From assembly GCA_910585155.1 (NCBI GenBank), contig CAJUEC010000005.1:9059-73058 (forward strand): a DNA stretch of 64,000 bases, read 5' to 3'. Positions 58,138 through 64,000 of this stretch are shown in pieces. A program made the translations under genes and the position numbers. Positions within the stretch are counted from its first letter, which is position 1; each line of letters starts with the position of its first letter. Under the pieces are notes generated by a model. That model had not been told where the DNA came from, did no database searches, and was given only the letters and a program-made list of their open reading frames with translations. This stretch comes from an uncultured Oscillospiraceae bacterium. Its GTDB lineage: Bacteria > Bacillota > Clostridia > Oscillospirales > Oscillospiraceae.

Positions 58138-58563
58138 ATGGATTCCATCGAATATCTGTGGAAGGACCGAAAACGCCGTCTGGGCCTGCCCCTGTCCTTC
58201 ACCTGCTACCGGCTGAGTGAGGACCGGCTGTTTTGTGAGACCGGCCTTCTCAACCTGAAATCTGACGAGGTGCTTCTCTACCGGGTGCAGGACCTGGAGC
58301 TGACCATAACCCTGGGCCAGCGGCTCTTTGGGGTGGGGACGGTATGCGTCCACTCCTCGGATAAGAGCAGTCCCCACCTGGACCTGAAAAACGTGAAGCG
58401 CCCCCGGGAGGTCAAGGAGCTGATCCACCGGAGCGTGGAGCAGGCCAAGGACCGCCGCCGGATGCGGGCCACGGAGCTGCTGGGCAAGGACGGTCCCGTC
58501 TATCACGATGAGGATGATCTGGACTTCATTCCGGATGGGGATGACGGGGACGAGATCGATTAA
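58138..58563 (+). CDS. Bacterial PH-domain protein
   Basis: Y.L..DRL...G......E..LYRV.D......QRLFGVGT. Confidence 0.75.
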   Translation: MDSIEYLWKDRKRRLGLPLSFTCYRLSEDRLFCETGLLNLKSDEVLLYRVQDLELTITLGQRLFGVGTVCVHSSDKSSPHLDLKNVKRPREVKELIHRSVEQAKDRRRMRATELLGKDGPVYHDEDDLDFIPDGDDGDEID

Positions 58564-58571
58564 GAACTTAG

Positions 58572-60542
<1,971 letters not shown>

Positions 60543-60545
60543 GAA

Positions 60546-60579
60546 GCGCGGAGCCGTCGTGAGCAGGCGCAGCGTGACA
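60546..60579 (+). repeat. Repeat family B, short form
   Basis: GCGCGGAGCCGTCGTGAGCAGGCGCAGCGTGACA directly before the GGAGG RBS of gyrA. Confidence 0.8.
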
Positions 60580-60594
60580 GGAGGACCCAACTAA

Positions 60595-63132
60595 ATGGCA
60601 AAAAACGACGAGTATTTAACCCGGGATATCAGCTTTCCCAACCAGAAAATTGTCAACATCAACCTGGAGAAGGAGATGGAGGACGCGTACATTGAGTACG
60701 CCATGTCGGTGATCAAGGGCCGGGCCCTGCCCGACGTGCGGGACGGCCTGAAGCCCGTCCACCGCCGCATTCTCTACTCCATGTACGACACCGGGCTCAC
60801 CTCGGACAAGCCCTTCAAGAAATCCGCCACCTGCGTGGGCGAGGTGCTGGGCAAGTACCACCCCCACGGCGACCAGTCGGTGTATGACGCCCTGGTCCGG
60901 CTGGCCCAGGATTTCTCCATGCGCTACATGCTGGTGGACGGCCACGGAAACTTCGGCTCGGTGGACGGCGATCCCGCGGCGGCCTACCGTTATACCGAGG
61001 CCCGTATGTCCAGGATCGCCAACGAAATGCTCCGGGACATCGACAAGGAGACGGTGGATTGGGACCCCAACTTCGACGAGTCCCAGAAGGAGCCCCGGGT
61101 GCTGCCCAGCCGCTTCCCCAACCTGCTGGTGAACGGCTCCTCCGGCATCGCCGTGGGCATGACCACCAACATCCCCCCCCACAACCTGCGGGAGGTGATT
61201 GACGCGGTGATCTGCGTGCTGGACAACCCCAACGCCACCCTGGACGACCTGATGGAGTACATCAAGGGCCCCGACTTCCCCACCCGGGGCATCATTCTGG
61301 GCCGCTCCGGCATCCGGGCGGCCTACGCCACCGGCCGGGGGCGCATCCAGGTCCGGGCCCGCACCGAGATGGAGGAGTTCGGCCAGGGCCGCACCCGGAT
61401 CATCGTCACCGAGCTGCCCTACCAGGTGAACAAGTCTCGTCTGGTGGAGAACATCGCTGACCAGGTGAAGGACAAGCGCCTGGAGGGCGTATCCGGCCTG
61501 CGGGACGAGTCCGACGGCAAGAAGGGGATGCGGATCGTCATCGAGCTGAAAAAGGACGCCAACCCCCAGGTCACCTTGAACCGGCTGTTCAACCAGACCC
61601 AGATGCAGACCACCTTCGGCGTGATCCTGCTGGCTCTGGTGGACAACCAGATGCAGCCGAAAATTCTCACCCTGCGGCAGATTTTGGATGAGTATATCGC
61701 CTTCCAGGAGGAGGTCTTGACCCGGCGGACCCGGTTCGACCTGAAAAAGGCCCAGGAGCGGGCCCACCTGTTGGAGGGTCTGCTCATCGCCCAGGACAAC
61801 ATCGATGAGGTCATCAAAATCGTCCGTACCAGCTACGACAACGCCAAGGAGCGGCTGATGGAGCGCTTCTCCCTGGACGATGTCCAGGCCCAGGCCATCC
61901 TGGAGATGCAGCTGCGCCGTTTGCAGGTCCTGGACCGGGAGAAGCTGGAGGCGGAGTACAAGGAGCTGGAGGAGCGCATTGCCTACTTCAACTCCCTGCT
62001 GGCGGACGAGGGAAAGCTGCGGGGGGTGCTCAAGGACGAGCTCACCGAGATCCGGGACAAGTACGGCGACGTGCGCAAGACCGAGATTGGCTTCATGGAG
62101 AACGATATCGACATCGAGGATCTCATCGAGGAGGAGCAGTCGGTCTTCACCATGACGGCCAACGGCTACATCAAGCGCACCAGCGCCAGCGAGTACGCCG
62201 CCCAGGGCAAGGGGGGCATGGGCCGGAAGGGGATGACCGCCCGGGAGGAGGACTATGTGAACACGGTGTTCACCGCCTCCACCCATGACCATATCCTGTT
62301 CTTCACCGACAAGGGCCGGGTGTTCCGCAAGAAGGGCTATCAGATCCCCGAGGCGGGGCGCACCGCCCGGGGGACCAACATTGTCAACGTGCTCCAGGTG
62401 GACCCGGGGGAGCGGGTGGCGGTGATGATCCACACCCGGGACATCAGCGAGGGGGAGAACCCCCGCTACCTCACCATGTTCACCCGGAAGGGCACGGTAA
62501 AGCGGCTGGACGCCTCGGCGCTGAAGAACCTGCGGAGCAACGGCCTGCGGGTGATTACCCTGGAGGAGGGGGATGAGCTCATCGAGGTTCGGGAGACCGA
62601 CGGGGAGCAGAACCTGCTCATTGCCACCCACGACGGCATGGCCATGTGCTTCCAGGAGAGCCAGGTCCGGCCCACCGGCCGCACCTCCATGGGGGTGATT
62701 GGCATCCGCCTGCGGGAGGGGGACTATGTGGTGGCCGCCGCCCGGGCCAAGCCGGGGAAGGCGGTGCTCACCATCACCGCCAACGGCTATGGCAAGCGCT
62801 CCCCGGTGGAGGACTACCGGGTGACCAACCGGGGGGCCTACGGCATCAAGAACTACGGCCTCACCGACAAGACCGGCCCTGTGGTGGGGGTCAAGGTGGT
62901 GGACGGCACGGAGGACCTGCTGCTGGTCACCCAGTCGGGCACCATCATCCGCACGGACGTGGACGCCATCCGCACCGTGGGCCGGGCCAGCCAGGGGGTC
63001 ATCGTCATGCGCTTCAAGGAGGAGGGGGACCAGGTGATCGCCCTGTCCCTGGCGGATAAGGAGCCGGCGGAGGATGCGGCGGCGTCCGACGCGGAGCTTC
63101 CGGAGAAGGACGCCCCTCCCGCGGAGGAATGA
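60595..63132 (+). CDS. gyrA: DNA gyrase subunit A
   Basis: [27 protein letters not shown], GyrA-box-like QGKGGMG, beta-pinwheel repeats. Confidence 0.98.
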   Translation: MAKNDEYLTRDISFPNQKIVNINLEKEMEDAYIEYAMSVIKGRALPDVRDGLKPVHRRILYSMYDTGLTSDKPFKKSATCVGEVLGKYHPHGDQSVYDALVRLAQDFSMRYMLVDGHGNFGSVDGDPAAAYRYTEARMSRIANEMLRDIDKETVDWDPNFDESQKEPRVLPSRFPNLLVNGSSGIAVGMTTNIPPHNLREVIDAVICVLDNPNATLDDLMEYIKGPDFPTRGIILGRSGIRAAYATGRGRIQVRARTEMEEFGQGRTRIIVTELPYQVNKSRLVENIADQVKDKRLEGVSGLRDESDGKKGMRIVIELKKDANPQVTLNRLFNQTQMQTTFGVILLALVDNQMQPKILTLRQILDEYIAFQEEVLTRRTRFDLKKAQERAHLLEGLLIAQDNIDEVIKIVRTSYDNAKERLMERFSLDDVQAQAILEMQLRRLQVLDREKLEAEYKELEERIAYFNSLLADEGKLRGVLKDELTEIRDKYGDVRKTEIGFMENDIDIEDLIEEEQSVFTMTANGYIKRTSASEYAAQGKGGMGRKGMTAREEDYVNTVFTASTHDHILFFTDKGRVFRKKGYQIPEAGRTARGTNIVNVLQVDPGERVAVMIHTRDISEGENPRYLTMFTRKGTVKRLDASALKNLRSNGLRVITLEEGDELIEVRETDGEQNLLIATHDGMAMCFQESQVRPTGRTSMGVIGIRLREGDYVVAAARAKPGKAVLTITANGYGKRSPVEDYRVTNRGAYGIKNYGLTDKTGPVVGVKVVDGTEDLLLVTQSGTIIRTDVDAIRTVGRASQGVIVMRFKEEGDQVIALSLADKEPAEDAAASDAELPEKDAPPAEE

Positions 63133-63189
63133 GCCGCGGCGCTCCCGCAGGTTTTGACCAATAACAGGCTGTTCAATTGATCAGAGATA

Positions 63190-63225
63190 AAAACAGCGGA
63201 CGGGCTCACCGGCCTGTCCGCTGTT
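63190..63225. terminator. Terminator between convergent gyrA and HTH genes
   Basis: AAAACAGCGGACGGGC-TCACCG-GCCTGTCCGCTGTT. Confidence 0.7.
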
Positions 63226-63453
63226 CTAATCCTTGAATTCAAATAATTTGTGAAGCGGAATGTTGAGCGCTTTTGCGATGTCGATCAATGTGTCAACGCT
63301 GCATCCCGCAGCATTGCTTTCAAATCTCTGGAAATGATTTGTGCTTGTGCCAATCGCCTCTGCAAGCTGAGCCTGTGTCAGCTGCCGTTCTCTTCGATAA
63401 TATAATACATTCAGGCTTATTTTCAACCACACATTACGATTTTCATTTTTCAT
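63226..63453 (-). CDS. Small XRE-family HTH regulator (AT-rich)
   Basis: LTQAQLAEAIG.S......FE; GAAGGTG RBS. Confidence 0.85.
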   Translation of the reverse strand: MKNENRNVWLKISLNVLYYRRERQLTQAQLAEAIGTSTNHFQRFESNAAGCSVDTLIDIAKALNIPLHKLFEFKD

Positions 63454-63514
63454 ATGTATCACCTTCGTATATTCTACTTTGATGGTTGAAAAGTTAAACA
63501 ACTTTAAAAGTGAG

Positions 63515-63560
63515 AAAAACAATTTTTGGCATTGTTTTTAAGGATAATGAGTGTTATAAT
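63515..63560 (+). promoter_or_regulatory. Promoter with an inverted-repeat operator
   Basis: AAAAACAAT-7-ATTGTTTTT (63515-63539) overlaps the -35 of TTGTTT-17 bp-TATAAT. Confidence 0.65.
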
Positions 63561-63580
63561 ACGCTTTAAGAGGTGGTATT

Positions 63581-63823
63581 ATGGCTATCGTAATTGGAAT
63601 CCTTCAAGATATTATTTTTATCATAATGGTTTATTATTGCATCAGTTTTTCCATCATTCGGATCATATCCTGCTTTTCGCTGCTGCTTCCCATGGGGAAG
63701 AAGGCTGAGGAGGGGCACAAGGGCGAGTTTGCCCGGCGGTATGAGCGCATGAACGATATCATTGACCATCTCTGCGATATTGTGTATCCTTGGAGCCGGG
63801 CGGAGGCTCAGGAGGAGCAGTAG
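63581..63823 (+). CDS. Small membrane protein
   Basis: GAGGTG RBS; hydrophobic N-half; divergent from the HTH gene. Confidence 0.6.
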   Translation: MAIVIGILQDIIFIIMVYYCISFSIIRIISCFSLLLPMGKKAEEGHKGEFARRYERMNDIIDHLCDIVYPWSRAEAQEEQ

Positions 63824-63868
63824 AAACCGATAGCTATAACCAGAAAACAGAGGAAGAGGAACCCGGAT

Positions 63869-64000
63869 ATGAAAACAGTCACCCTGTACACCGATGGCGC
63901 CTGCTCCGGAAACCCCGGTCCCGGGGGCTGGGGGGCCATTCTGATGTTCGGCCCCCATAAGAAGGAGCTCAGCGGCGGGGAGAAGAACACCACCAACAAT
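63869..64000 (+). CDS. rnhA: Ribonuclease HI, runs off the window's right edge
   Basis: [25 protein letters not shown]...TTNN. Confidence 0.95.
   Translation, partial: MKTVTLYTDGACSGNPGPGGWGAILMFGPHKKELSGGEKNTTNN

Overview
Chromosomal replication-origin region of a high-GC Clostridia-class firmicute (gene order and repeat types suggest Oscillospiraceae; this is an inference). The right end carries jag-yidC-yidD-rnpA-rpmH <> dnaA-oriC-dnaN-yaaA-recF-remB-gyrB-gyrA-rnhA. The rest is mostly housekeeping: mnmG, murT/gatD, prmA, T-box/ileS, holB/darA/yaaT, galM, tkt, pbp2/mreD, miaB, miaA-hfq-yggS-sepF-divIVA, gap, obgE, rplU-prp-rpmA and hemZ. I found no rRNA, tRNA, CRISPR array or transposase. 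The most unusual items are: (1) an ECF sigma factor translationally coupled to a membrane-anchored anti-sigma-like protein whose outer domain is a complete serpin; (2) a two-gene operon in which an XRE-HTH protein and a membrane protein share an Hfq/Sm-like domain; (3) an AT-rich PD-(D/E)XK-like ORF between the Ile T-box terminator and ileS; (4) three families of dispersed structured intergenic repeats, plus a REP-like doublet in-frame inside a DEAD-box helicase; (5) a parS site and two DnaA-box clusters away from oriC, with a non-canonical DnaA recognition motif. All calls come from reading motifs by eye; no database searches were run.
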